Source: Corallochytrium limacisporum Hawaii
Taxonomy: Eukaryota > Protista > Pluriformea
NCBI GenBank assembly: GCA_002811645.1
Contig: PDIP01000007.1
Location: forward strand, 116,471 to 180,470
Length of the DNA stretch: 64,000 nt
Direction: 5' to 3'
The position numbers and the translations under genes are program-made. The notes under the pieces were generated by a model. It had not been told where the DNA came from. It saw only the letters and a program-made list of their open reading frames with translations, and searched no databases. Shown one piece after another: positions 1-11,063 of this stretch; within the stretch, counting starts at the first letter, position 1, and the number at the start of each line of letters is the position of its first letter.

Positions 1-146
1 TATGCAAAAATTGTGTGCATGGATAGCAATTGATCTGTTTATTCAAGTTATCGAATTTGTGTTTGAACCTTAATCTGCGTGGGGTTTGTTTAGGTCAGGA
101 AGACCTGACCATTGTGATTTCAATGAGCCATTGGAAGAGAGTTGCT

Positions 147-860
147 CTAGCAGCAGGTTTCAACGGTGAAGCCCTCGAATGTACCGAGCTCGCCAAAGTC
201 TTCGTCATCCAAGTCATCGTCGTCTCCTTCGCCATCCTCGGCGTCACTGGGTTCAGGAGCACCTTCTTCGACATCACTGGGCGCGGGAGTGTCCTCGTCG
301 TCAACATCACTGGGCTCGGGGGCGTCCACGTCGTCAACATCACTGGGCTCGGGGGCGTCCTCGTCGTCAACATCACTGGGCTCGGGGGCCTCTTCATCTT
401 CAATGTCGCTGGGTTCAGGAGCATCAAGCTCGTCGACATCACTGGGTTCAGGGGCATCAAGCTCCCGGCGGTTCTCATCAACGATCACTGGTACACCAGT
501 GGGCTCCTCAACAAGGGCCCTGCGGTTGCGACCTTCGCTGGGTTCCGGGGGGGGGCTACCGCTTGGGTTAGGGTTACTGCTTGGGTTAGGGTTACCGCTT
601 GGGTCAGGGGTACCGCTGGAGCTGGGGTCGCCGAGGCCGATAGCAGGGGGCAAAGGGGGCGAAGGGGGCGAGGGGGCAGGGTTGCGACGGCGGATCTGAG
701 CAAGCTCTTCCTCAGTGGCACCATCTCCGATTGGGACAGGGGGAGAAGGAGAAGGAAGTTGTCCGATGAGCACAGGTGCTCCATTTCCATTGGGCTCAGG
801 TGCGGGGACGGCCGCGACCGAAAGAGCCATGAACAAGATTGTGGCGGTCTTGGTGTACAT
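147..860 (-). CDS. Secreted Pro-rich/acidic repeat protein (237 aa) with basic processing-like sites
   Basis: ATG at 860 gives the signal-peptide-like MYTKTATILFMALSVAA. It is followed by a Pro-rich region, RRR, RNRR and NRR sites, seven APEPSD-type acidic repeats and a C-terminal ETCC. Confidence 0.75.
   Translation of the reverse strand: MYTKTATILFMALSVAAVPAPEPNGNGAPVLIGQLPSPSPPVPIGDGATEEELAQIRRRNPAPSPPSPPLPPAIGLGDPSSSGTPDPSGNPNPSSNPNPSGSPPPEPSEGRNRRALVEEPTGVPVIVDENRRELDAPEPSDVDELDAPEPSDIEDEEAPEPSDVDDEDAPEPSDVDDVDAPEPSDVDDEDTPAPSDVEEGAPEPSDAEDGEGDDDDLDDEDFGELGTFEGFTVETCC
241..465 (-). repeat. About 33-bp coding tandem repeat, 7 degenerate units encoding (D/E)APEPSD(V/I)D(D/E)
   Basis: Recurrent catcactgggctcgggggcgtcc-like units on the + strand. 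Confidence 0.85.
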
Positions 861-3340
861 TGTTACTTCTTTTGGGAACACGCAGAAAATGACAATGAAG
901 TCAAGTATGTTACGTTTTGACTCAATAGTCAGGATCTTCTTCATTTGAATTTTTATTTATACCTGATCCGCACCTCGATCTCCAGAACACGGGTGCAGGT
1001 CTTTGAAAGGAAATTTTGACGCCGCAATCTCTTCTTGTGCGCCAGAGGCTCTTCCCTTTCCCCCCTCAAACCCCCCCCCCTCTTCCCCCACCCTAAACAC
1101 ATCTCCACCGTCCCTGCCTGATGCAACAACTGCGAGCTCCTATACATGACGGCTCTTTAACAGGCATATCACAGGACAAAGGGCCGGGGGCCCGAAGTCA
1201 TGAACCTATATTCGCAATAGTGCTGGAGACAACATGTTGATCGGAAAAGGGACACGCTGGTGCACCGATGTGGGTGGGTGATGGGATGATAAGAGCGAAG
1301 TAAACGGGGTGTATGGGTGTATTAGATTTTGACTACTCGAGTGCACCGCCCACCGGTACTATTCTAATACACAAATGCATGTCACTTTTTGTAGAGTGCA
1401 GTATGGTGTGGCGAAGTGGTCAGCCATCGGCCCCGCAACCATCAGCATCCTCCCAAGCCAAATTCTGATCCACATTAGATGTTGAATTTCTTCTGTTCCA
1501 GACACATATCGTGTATTGAGTAGTTACAACTCGGGAGATGATAGTGAGGGATAGCTGATTTACGGAGTGTATCAAGGATATTCGTGCTCAGCTGAGCACC
1601 CTCATTTGTGCGCTAGGTTGCTGCTCCCTTCCCCCCCCCCTTTTGCTTGGCTCCCCTTCCCCCCTCTCTGATATTCATTCGGTGGCTAATTTTCCATAGA
1701 AAACCTACCGGCACCAAGCGCGTACCCGCGGCAAAGCGCAGGAGAACGAAGTAAATGCCAGCGAAACTTCCTTTTGCGAAATTTCACCGTGGCGTCTAGG
1801 ATTGGACTATTTCAAGAGGGGGAAGGGTGTGGGTGTCACCCCCCCCCCTTCCGTCCTTGTATGACGATCAGAGCAAGGCCTGTGAAGGCCCAAGGGTCTT
1901 GAGTCAAGTAAAGCAGCGCTTGACTGGATGAGGTGCAACCGCGCTGCCAATGTCTATTTATTGACAAAAAACTGTTCTAAATCCCGGGTCCGTGAAGTAC
2001 CAGGATGATGTACATCAACAACGAGCCGGTCCGTTGACTCTGTAAAGACGGTCCTGCCGATCGTAAAGAGGTCAGCACCGTTCGCATCTAATCGAAGAGA
2101 CGCATCTCTTCTCGACCCTAAGACACTTTCGCGGGCCGGCGAATGCACGAGAAATTGCGATGGAAAGCTGGTCTATGGTGTTTAGTATGCAATTGCTCCG
2201 ATGCAAAGCCAAACACATGCAGCCAGAAACCATGTTTATTCTTACCGATACATTAACGTAGATGCACTATCGTAGGAGTGGTTGTTTGTTACTTTGAAAC
2301 AAATGTACATTGCCTTGACTGGTATCAAATGATGCCCCTGTTTATTTTTGCGAGTCTAGGTGCGTCCTGCTGTTAGAGCAACACGGAACGCATAGGAGGG
2401 GAGATCGAGACTTCCGGGGAAGAGGCAGGAACATAAGGTTAAAAGGCGAGCGGTCAATATATCGCACCCATGTGTGTTCATTGAACTCAATTGAGAGCCA
2501 GCCAGTTTGCTGTCGATTTGGTAGTGCAGGCCTGAACAACCGACTGTGTTCAGCATCTTGCCAATACAGCGAGATGATGAATGCTCCTATGATTGGCCTC
2601 TTGAAGGGAACGGCCTCTTAGTTGTAGTATAGAAGCAAGATTGATGACCGAAGATGGTATACTCTTCTTGCTGAATCCTCACTCGCTCAACAGCATGTCA
2701 TTGGGCATTAACCCGAAGGCTTGTCATGCAGTACTAGTGGTGCTATCGTGTTCAGCAGTGCAATTTGCAAAGCACATGCGACTCGTTTTCCAACATGATG
2801 GCAAAGGGTTGGGTGCTCAAGTTTGTGGAAACGAAGATACCTTCGCCGGCTCGTGTTTTCGGAGGTTGGTACTCAATAGAACACGCTGTTGCGAATCCTA
2901 AGCTGATAGGGCCTAATAATTGCGAATATGCCGGCCGGCTCGATCTGGTCCTGACCGAATTCTATTTGCCACGCCTGTCAAATGTGATTGACATGAGTCT
3001 TTTATTCACGGCGGTACATCGATGCCCTGTCAAACGAAAGACTTGTACACGAAGCGACTATACTGTATCTATACGCTCCCGGGCCTGCACAACCGGGACA
3101 GGTGTCCATTTTTTGGAGGGGTCACCATTTGCGTTTCTTTTCATCGAGGGGTGCACAACACATCGCACCCTGTCGACCTAAGTTCTATAGAAATGTCTCA
3201 GCCTTCTGAGGAGGGGAGCGGGAACCATTGCCAATAAGGTGATCGTCGAAGCCTTGATTGCTGGTTTGGGGCTCGGGAAGGGGTGTTGGGGGGGGGGGAA
3301 GAAGGGGGGGAACTTTGCCCTGCCTCTACCTAACCCGCCC

Positions 3341-3524
3341 NNNNNNNNNNNNNNNNNNNNNNNNNNNNNNNNNNNNNNNNNNNNNNNNNNNNNNNNNNNN
3401 NNNNNNNNNNNNNNNNNNNNNNNNNNNNNNNNNNNNNNNNNNNNNNNNNNNNNNNNNNNNNNNNNNNNNNNNNNNNNNNNNNNNNNNNNNNNNNNNNNNN
3501 NNNNNNNNNNNNNNNNNNNNNNNN
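3341..3524. other. Assembly gap with a duplicated ~48-bp flank
   Basis: N run; ggggggaagaaggggg..aactttgccctgcctctacctaacccgccc occurs at both 3293-3340 and 3525-3572. Confidence 0.9.
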
Positions 3525-5516
3525 GGGGGGAAGAAGGGGGTGAACTTTGCCCTGCCTCTACCTAACCCGCCCTGTCTGTGGACGGTGGTGGAAGCAACGC
3601 GGTGAAGGCTTTAGATTGACTGTATCACTGTTGGTTTGAGTCCACGTAGCAATAGGAATTGGTTTGAATCATAGGTGCGGAACAACATCACCATCAGCAC
3701 ATGTGCGTTCCCGAATGGCTCGGTCAGATAAAAATCTAACGCACTAAACAACAGCATCGCAAGAACACATGCACAAACCCCATGCTGAATCGCATGCAAC
3801 GTCATCGCCAGTAACAGACGCACCCGTAACACATCCAGAAGCAGAGTTGAGAGAATGTCTTCACGCATACACAAGTGTGTAAGTTATGTAGTAAACAAGA
3901 GTGGGGTTGCATGGCCTTGGTAGCCCTCAGTGAAGATGATTTGATCCAAATCTTGCGGCAGTTGGTCTCCACCCGCATGAATCGCGCTCGTGCATCGGTT
4001 GGGCAGTCAACCCCCACTTCCGTAACCCATAGAGTATTAATTCAAGACCACGAGTGCGGTATTTCGCAAGGCTCCGCATTGCGGCCAGACGGCCAAACTG
4101 GAAGTTTTTTTTTTGTTGGCAACCTTAAAAAATCGGCCTCAAGAAAGACAGACCGATGGTGCATTGGAATTTGTACATGTATTCACAGTCAAGTGAAACA
4201 CACGACAAACGGATGGAATATGCACGCCTGCTGGATCCCCTGCAGCGCCTACAGTTGCTGTTGCGATTGCAAGTGTTTACATGCGGCAGCACCGGTCCAG
4301 TAACGAAAGTATTAAGTTTCCTTACCGATTTTGCATCGGCAAGAGAAAGCTCCTGGGGAAGGTGCGCCTGCTGCTGCAGCACTACTCCTTGTCGGCGCCC
4401 CTGCTCCGCGCGACAGTATACAGGGCTGTGCGCATGGGGACGAAAGAAGGCTGACGGGAGGGGGGGGGGCAGCTGGTGTGGGTCTGAGAACTGTTTCAAT
4501 ACCCGCGCAGTCACTTGACGCCTTCAATGGCTGCGCATCCGGATTCAGGAGAGGCAACCATGAGTGTATTCAGTCAGCTGCGCACTTACAGGCCGGGCCT
4601 ATGTGACAGCTGGGCCGCTTTACTACTAACCCGCATGTTCCCAAACCCTGCATGCTGCACTTGGCCAGACTGCCCGCCGTTCGGACGACCCATGGGGTCT
4701 TCGACCGCAACCGCTCCCAAGTCCACGGAGCTGATCTGTGCGGCTCCTCTCGGTTGTTGGGAAGAAAGTAAGAAAAAGGTTAGAGAGGTGGATTCCAAGG
4801 GTGACAAGGGGGGGTTCTTTGAAATATTTCGATTTTCCCAATCTGCGCTCTCAGCCCGGAAAACAAGTGAAAACCATGGGTCCGGCGGGAGGCTGCCCCG
4901 GGCTCAAGACAACTGAGAGATGCAGCAGGCCGCTGCCACCTGGGCGGGTGCGTTTGGGGTCCGCGGTACCGGTACTCGAAATATAGAACCCCGCTTGCTG
5001 TGTCGTTCATCGGGTCCGTCCGGTCGGAGTCGGGTGCGGGGTTTGGAAAGGCAGTAGAGAACGCATCCACATGCCCCTGCTACGCAGCGGCGGAAAGGGG
5101 CCACCAGTGGTGGTCTCTATGCGCCAGAGGTGCGAACTTGCTGGGTTCTCAGGTTTGGGTTGACTGAAGGGCCTCCCAGGCGCGAATTTTTTGAAAATGT
5201 AAGCCATCCCTATTATCTTGAATATACTGCTGAAGTGACACCGAAAATAGATCCGGAAATCTGTAGTTTCCAGGTATCAAAAGATTTCCGTAGACTTTGA
5301 CATGTGTGAGTATTAAATAACACACCATTGATGCAGAATATCGTCCGGGCACACTGCAATAAGCACCCAACTTTCCATCTCGACTGAGTATTGTACGAAT
5401 GGTTCAAATCTTTCTGGCTATGATTTGATAAGCGCAACTATTAAAATGGCAGTTCAGACTTGAGCAGCCTTGTTTCCTTCGTTCCCAGATTAAGAGTTGG
5501 TTGAGGTTGTGGAGCT

Positions 5517-7430
5517 ATGCAGACCGCTAGCACTCCAGGAAGTGCTACCGTCACCCTACCAAGGGAACCTTCTGGAGTTTCACTGAGTAGTATTCCAAAC
5601 CAATCTGAACAAGATGCTGTTACCTTGACTGACGTTCGGGAGCTTCTAGAAATGTTTTCAAGGGCGGAACTGCCTGAGATCTTTGAAACCGGAGCACACG
5701 ACAAGCACCAAAGAAAAGTCGAAGAGCTTATCGCGCGAGACTACGAATATGAGATAATTGATAACGGAGCCAACGACTTATGTACATCATATCCCCGCCG
5801 AATTCTATTCATGACTGGAACAAAGGGAGAGCAGACAAGAAAACAGGCTGAGGAAGTCACTCAATTGGCAAAGGAGGCGAAGTACGCAAGATGTCGCTGT
5901 CGGGGGGTTATGCCCGTTTTGAGAGTCAACGACCGCAATGTATGTCGATCGGCGACCTTGAGCAATGAAAAAGAAATGAACCTGAATAGTGCGCAGGCAG
6001 CATTCAAACGATTCTGGATTGGGCTCAACAACAAACTGGGCGATGGCCCCAACAGTCCGCCAATATCAACGTCCGATGCAAAGGAATCATCGGATGTAGG
6101 TTTCGAACAACCTCTGTCAGGGAGTGTGTCGTGGCCAGCAGGAGTTAATGTGCAGGCACAGAGAGCTGCTGACATAAACTTGCTTAAACACTTGCGAATC
6201 GGAACCATTGTGGATCTGATGGTCGAGCACTGCAAGGTTAAGTATGGCATGACTGTTTGTAGCAGTGAGAAGGCAGACTCATTGAAACGATACCATGAAG
6301 CTGGTTTTGATATTCTAGCCATGCCATATCCAGGTGTGGAAGCATTTGCACAATTTTCCAGTATGACTTCAGCCCTCATGTTCCAAGGTGAGTTTGATTG
6401 GAGCAACCCGGAAATAGATGTAGAGTTGAACCTCACAGACGAGCAGGCCTTGGCGGACGAGGTTAGCATGGATTGGGAACAGTACAGGAAGTGGAGCATT
6501 GTTCGTCTTACGGTAAATTATACCCTGTTGCTTCACAAGCTGCTCATGAGACCTCCCAAACAAGGCGAGGAAGATAATATTGAACACGGACACGGTATCC
6601 TGATTCATTGCATCTCTGGCTGGGACCGTACCCCCCTATTTGTGTCGCTTCTGCGCATGCTTCTCTGGGCGGAAGGCAAGGTACATAAGTCTCTAACTGC
6701 AATCGAGTTGCTGTATCTGACCCTTGCCTACGATTGGTTCCTGTTCGGACACTTGTTCAAGGACCGGCGTTCTCGTGGAGAGGATATTTTAAAATTCTGT
6801 TTCCATGTCATGCCTGCTTTGGCAACAATTATGCGATCAAGGAACGCTAGTGTCTCGGAGGAGCCCAAGGAAGATCTGGCAGTTTCATTCAAGACAATTA
6901 TCGGCGAGGCGGTGGAGGGTCCGGAACACTTCAGTCTCAACGAAGAAAATGACGACCCATTGGAAGATATCGACCCTGCTGGTCCGGGCACGGATATTAT
7001 TTCCCTCGACATGGGCATGTCAAGTCTTAGTTTGGCGGTGGAAGTTGAGGAAGAGGTAAACGATGCTGGTAACGATCAGACATTCACTCGCAGTGAAGCC
7101 ATTCCCATCTCTAGCCAGCCACTACCAAGACATCTGGCTACTAGTGTTTCCACCGCTCGCAGTACTAGCGCATCAGTTCATTCCTACCAACGGAGCGAGA
7201 CTTCCAGTGGTGCCCATGGATCCTTGCAGCATGGAAGCTGGCAGATGGTTGGCGAGGACAACATGTTGAACCGTATGCAACAGTCACGCCGGGATGCGGA
7301 GTCCCAGAGCATTCAAAAGCTTCAGCAACTGCAGACACTGTTTGTGAATTCTTGGGCTCGCAGTGTGGGCAGTGGAGCCGGATACTCGGAAGGCTTTTGG
7401 GGATGGATGTCACAATACAATCCACAATAG
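5517..7430 (+). CDS. MTMR14: Myotubularin-related protein 14 (phosphoinositide 3-phosphatase)
   Basis: Active site HCISGWDRTPLFVSLLR, plus ARCRCRGVMPV, DLMVEHCKVKYGM, MPYPGVE and AYDWFLFGH motifs typical of MTMR14. Confidence 0.9.
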   Translation: MQTASTPGSATVTLPREPSGVSLSSIPNQSEQDAVTLTDVRELLEMFSRAELPEIFETGAHDKHQRKVEELIARDYEYEIIDNGANDLCTSYPRRILFMTGTKGEQTRKQAEEVTQLAKEAKYARCRCRGVMPVLRVNDRNVCRSATLSNEKEMNLNSAQAAFKRFWIGLNNKLGDGPNSPPISTSDAKESSDVGFEQPLSGSVSWPAGVNVQAQRAADINLLKHLRIGTIVDLMVEHCKVKYGMTVCSSEKADSLKRYHEAGFDILAMPYPGVEAFAQFSSMTSALMFQGEFDWSNPEIDVELNLTDEQALADEVSMDWEQYRKWSIVRLTVNYTLLLHKLLMRPPKQGEEDNIEHGHGILIHCISGWDRTPLFVSLLRMLLWAEGKVHKSLTAIELLYLTLAYDWFLFGHLFKDRRSRGEDILKFCFHVMPALATIMRSRNASVSEEPKEDLAVSFKTIIGEAVEGPEHFSLNEENDDPLEDIDPAGPGTDIISLDMGMSSLSLAVEVEEEVNDAGNDQTFTRSEAIPISSQPLPRHLATSVSTARSTSASVHSYQRSETSSGAHGSLQHGSWQMVGEDNMLNRMQQSRRDAESQSIQKLQQLQTLFVNSWARSVGSGAGYSEGFWGWMSQYNPQ

Positions 7431-7498
7431 ACAAGCATATAGAGTAACAGAGTTCAGGATAGCTGACAGTGAGTGTCAGTGTATTATATCAAGTGCGG

Positions 7499-7978
7499 CT
7501 AAGCGTCGCGGGTCACAGATGCCATCTGCCCGCTTTCGTCGCTCATCAGGTACGCTCGTTGTTCTGCAAGGAAATCTTCAAACTGGCCAGCTTCCTTTAG
7601 GCCATCAAAGTTCCAGTCACCCTCCAGACTCGAGCGAAGGTCCTCTTTGATCACGTAGAAACTAGCACGGAAGTAGCCGCCGGTCTCCAGTTCGATTGTG
7701 TCAGTCGTACGATAATATTCATCTCCTTCGTATCGGTCGAGGACGCCCATTTCATGTGGCGCCACCATAGCCATCACACCATCGACTTGAGAGCCTCGTT
7801 TCGGTTGAATACCAGGATAGAGACAGTCCTTAACGCGCTTCCGCTCGTAGTCTTGCAAGACTGCTGGCTTCACATCCAATTCCCTTCCCAGTACCATTTT
7901 CGATACTTTCGGGCTCATCAGGGTGCCATACCAGAAGCAAGGCACCTCTTTAGGAATCTCATCACCTCTAGGTGCCAT
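7499..7978 (-). CDS. Gamma-glutamylcyclotransferase / AIG2-like protein
   Basis: FWYGTLM, YPGI and LDRYEGDEYYR motifs of the GGCT-like fold. Confidence 0.85.
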   Translation of the reverse strand: MAPRGDEIPKEVPCFWYGTLMSPKVSKMVLGRELDVKPAVLQDYERKRVKDCLYPGIQPKRGSQVDGVMAMVAPHEMGVLDRYEGDEYYRTTDTIELETGGYFRASFYVIKEDLRSSLEGDWNFDGLKEAGQFEDFLAEQRAYLMSDESGQMASVTRDA

Positions 7979-8968
7979 ACTTTTCGTTTTTTTAATATAA
8001 ATCGAGCGAGCTCCGCAGATTAGGTTTATCTCGCTTCAAACTGACCCACACCACGAGTACGTTTCTTGTACAGAATCCGATTTCCGCAACGCTGGCAACG
8101 AATAGTGTTCTCGCTAGGCTTTACTTCAGTGTCTTGTCCACAGTTTCCACAGACATAAGTCATTCCAGTTGTAATAATGGGCTGGGCTCCATCCATTTTG
8201 ATCGAATACCCGAAATGGGGGAGGGTAGGGACTCCGATAATTAATACGTGAGTCTACGGAACTCCTTGTCTCAGCCTGAGGACATGAGCGCCAGATTTAC
8301 ATCAGGCCAAAGCTTATATACCATTGTAGAACCTGTGCAGACACAAAATTATCGTGCAGTAGTATGATTTTATCGACTACGTTGCTATCTGCGTTAATAG
8401 AATTGCTGGAAACCCGTGCCACGATGAAACGCACCCGATGTTGCCTGTTCCTTCCACCCACGGAATATATTATCATACCACGCGCCCTCCTTCTGTCCTG
8501 TCTGCAATTTCCTGCCTTGAAATTGATGGCTAATCCGTATATCAAAATTATTGAATCGCGCGATAGAAAGAGATATTAGTACACTCTTGTGCGCGCTACT
8601 GCAAAGCCAGTGTTGGAAAGGAAAAGCCCCGTGGGGCTATCGCTGCAGTATTGCCCCCCGGGGGGGGGGGGCCTAAACAAACACTCTGGTTCGGAAGTTT
8701 CAACTGCAGGTGGGGATTGTGGGCGGTCTTTGGCTGGCGAGTGTTACTCAGCTCCACCACCAACCCTCCGCCGCTTTGGAACGGCACTGTTCTGTAGGTC
8801 GCGGATTGGTGAATGGCTTGGATACGATGCTTGGTGTTAGAATTAGATATGATGTTGTTTACAAAGACTCGAAGACTACTTCAAAGCATATGCATGATTT
8901 GTATACAAAATCCAATAGTTAACAGTCAACTTAGTAGGTGATGTTCCGGGCAGCGTATACCGTTAATC

Positions 8969-9373
8969 ATGTCGGGTTCAATCAATGTCGGCGCTCCTAA
9001 ACAGGATATGCCTCCTCAGGGAGGATACCCTGCTATCAGCTACCGCCGTCAGCACACTCCCCCTCGGTTTAGTGGTTTTATGAAGTTTGCTATTGCTGGA
9101 GCTGTGATGGCTGGTGGTCTTCTCGTGACGGCGTACAGCCAAAATGAACGTCGCAATCTCGATCGAGAAAAGGTTCTTACACGCATTGCCCTAGTCCCTC
9201 TGCTGCAGGCCGAAGAAGATCGTCGTTTCCTGCGGGAATACAAGAAGTATCTTGAGGATGAAGAGAAGATTATGGCGGGTGTTCCAGGTTGGAAGGTCGG
9301 TGAACGACCATACAATACTGATCGCTGGGTGCCTCCGGCGGAGCCACCAATTGCTGGTACTCGTCTCCGGTGA
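8969..9373 (+). CDS. NDUFA13: Complex I subunit NDUFA13 / GRIM-19
   Basis: KQDMPPQGGY, a single TM helix, RIALVPLLQAEEDRRF and VPGWKVGE..YNTDRWVPP. Confidence 0.95.
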   Translation: MSGSINVGAPKQDMPPQGGYPAISYRRQHTPPRFSGFMKFAIAGAVMAGGLLVTAYSQNERRNLDREKVLTRIALVPLLQAEEDRRFLREYKKYLEDEEKIMAGVPGWKVGERPYNTDRWVPPAEPPIAGTRLR

Positions 9374-9453
9374 ATGAGACGTTTTGAAAAGCATACAAAC
9401 ATAAAATACAATATAGTGACATTGGTATTCTTTAATCTTAGGGCTTGGTGTGC

Positions 9454-10659
9454 TCACTTTCTTAGTATAACGACGGAGGGATCTTTGACCAATATCTCGC
9501 GCAACTGGAGGGGACTGATGCCCACTTGACATCCAAGCTCGTCTAAGGAATGGCTTCCATCGAACGTATTGTGCAACTGCTTCGTAATCATACTGCTCTC
9601 CGATGTCAAGGTAGCTAACCGCAGTATTGGATAGTCGTGGAGGCGGCGCAGGATCTTGCTGAAGATTCCAAACTGAATCAGTCGCACTGGATGAATGCCG
9701 ACAGTTATACACGGCACTCGCAGGAATAACTCGCCAATAGTTTGCTGTGGCGATATCGAACTGTAGAGATCCAGAACGTCGGCAAGACGTGGCGGGTTGC
9801 CTTGATTGATGGCCACAAAGCGCACACAATCGTTCATAAGCTGTCGCTGAGAGAGAAGATCCCCAAAACGTGCCTCCAGTACATAAGTATTTCCAAACTG
9901 GAAGATATCCACCAGACGCACATAACGGAAAAACATGAGATTCTGGATGGCTTTTGCTACCAGGCTTGGCTTCATTTGGGCAAGTTCTTGAATCGCCTTG
10001 ACGTGGTTATTCCCATCAATAAATTGTACGACGTGCTTGAGGCCCAGATCCCAATCGTCTTCCGGAGCCGGTTCAGTGACAAAGACAGGTACCATATGAT
10101 CCAAAACCGGAGGCATTTTGGTCAATATTGGCGATGCCTGCAAGTTTAGCGTGTACGTCTCAGATATCGGAATGGAGCATCGGCGCTCATTATTGAGTCC
10201 TACCAGTACTTGCTGCAAAATACCGAGGACCAACGACTTGGTGTCAAAGTTTGACAGGAAACTTGTTTCCAATTCTTGGTCTCTCAGACACCGGGCCAGC
10301 TTTTTGATCACCGTCTCATATGCCGATACATTGGCTGATGGACTCAGTACAAACCCCGCGTTGAAAATGAATGCATTGCGTTTGTATCTATTGCTCTCAA
10401 TGATGACAGGATGGGATAAGATTGTATGTCCCAAAGCCGTAAGAACTGAAAGCTTACCACACAACTGTGGCTTCGGAATCACGGTGTCGTGAACGGCATC
10501 GAACAATTTCCGTGAAATAAATCCCTCCGGTACCTGGTGAACAATTACGGGTCCTTGGACTGTGTGGAACTCACTGTAGAAGACACATCTAATATTGGGG
10601 ATCTCAGGGATCTCTGGAGGTTCAACGTCAATTTCTGACCCTGCATCTATACCCGGCAT
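9454..10659 (-). CDS. NPRL2: GATOR1 subunit NPRL2/Npr2
   Basis: FYSEFHTVQGPVIVHQVP, IPKPQLC, YKRNAFIFN, DIFQFGNTY, RLIQFG..ILRRLH and DGSHSLDE motifs. Confidence 0.92.
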   Translation of the reverse strand: MPGIDAGSEIDVEPPEIPEIPNIRCVFYSEFHTVQGPVIVHQVPEGFISRKLFDAVHDTVIPKPQLCGKLSVLTALGHTILSHPVIIESNRYKRNAFIFNAGFVLSPSANVSAYETVIKKLARCLRDQELETSFLSNFDTKSLVLGILQQVLVGLNNERRCSIPISETYTLNLQASPILTKMPPVLDHMVPVFVTEPAPEDDWDLGLKHVVQFIDGNNHVKAIQELAQMKPSLVAKAIQNLMFFRYVRLVDIFQFGNTYVLEARFGDLLSQRQLMNDCVRFVAINQGNPPRLADVLDLYSSISPQQTIGELFLRVPCITVGIHPVRLIQFGIFSKILRRLHDYPILRLATLTSESSMITKQLHNTFDGSHSLDELGCQVGISPLQLREILVKDPSVVILRK

Positions 10660-11063
10660 GGCATTATGATTCTGTGAGAATTATTGTATGTCGTTGGTTG
10701 GAGTGCCTTGAGGATCCTATACCTAGTCTCGTCAACATACCATTGAAGTACCTCCATGCCAGAATCCTATGGGGAGGCGGGACCAGTGGCCCCGCTACTT
10801 TCGCCTGAGTGAGTAGGGGCCTTTTTCACCCGACTGATTCTAGGGAGGGTGCCAAGCGCCGGTCCCGTGTCATGCATCAGATGTATATTAGCCATGTATC
10901 GTCTGTTGAGAATGAGATGGTATTTTCATGAATACTCCATTCCTTGAGCATCATTTCAATGAGTGTATATGTCTATAGATTTTCTGGTAGTTGGAGTGAT
11001 GGTTTGGTTTAAGGGTCTCTTTATTGTGGGAGACTCCCTCAACAATGGATCGACACTTTGGTA

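Noticed and set aside
241-465. Regularly spaced repeats, as a possible CRISPR array
   Set aside because: Contiguous in-frame coding repeats with no unique spacers, no cas genes, and a eukaryotic context.
564-610. GGGTTAGGGTTA telomere-like hexamers
   Set aside because: They are the antisense of Asn-Pro-Asn-Pro codons inside the 147-860 CDS.
30-920. 296-aa + strand ORF, and 166-699
   Set aside because: Antisense shadows of the repetitive minus-strand secreted protein.
3293-3572. 48-bp direct repeat around the N gap, as a possible LTR or target duplication
   Set aside because: More simply an unmerged contig overlap at a poly-G tract.
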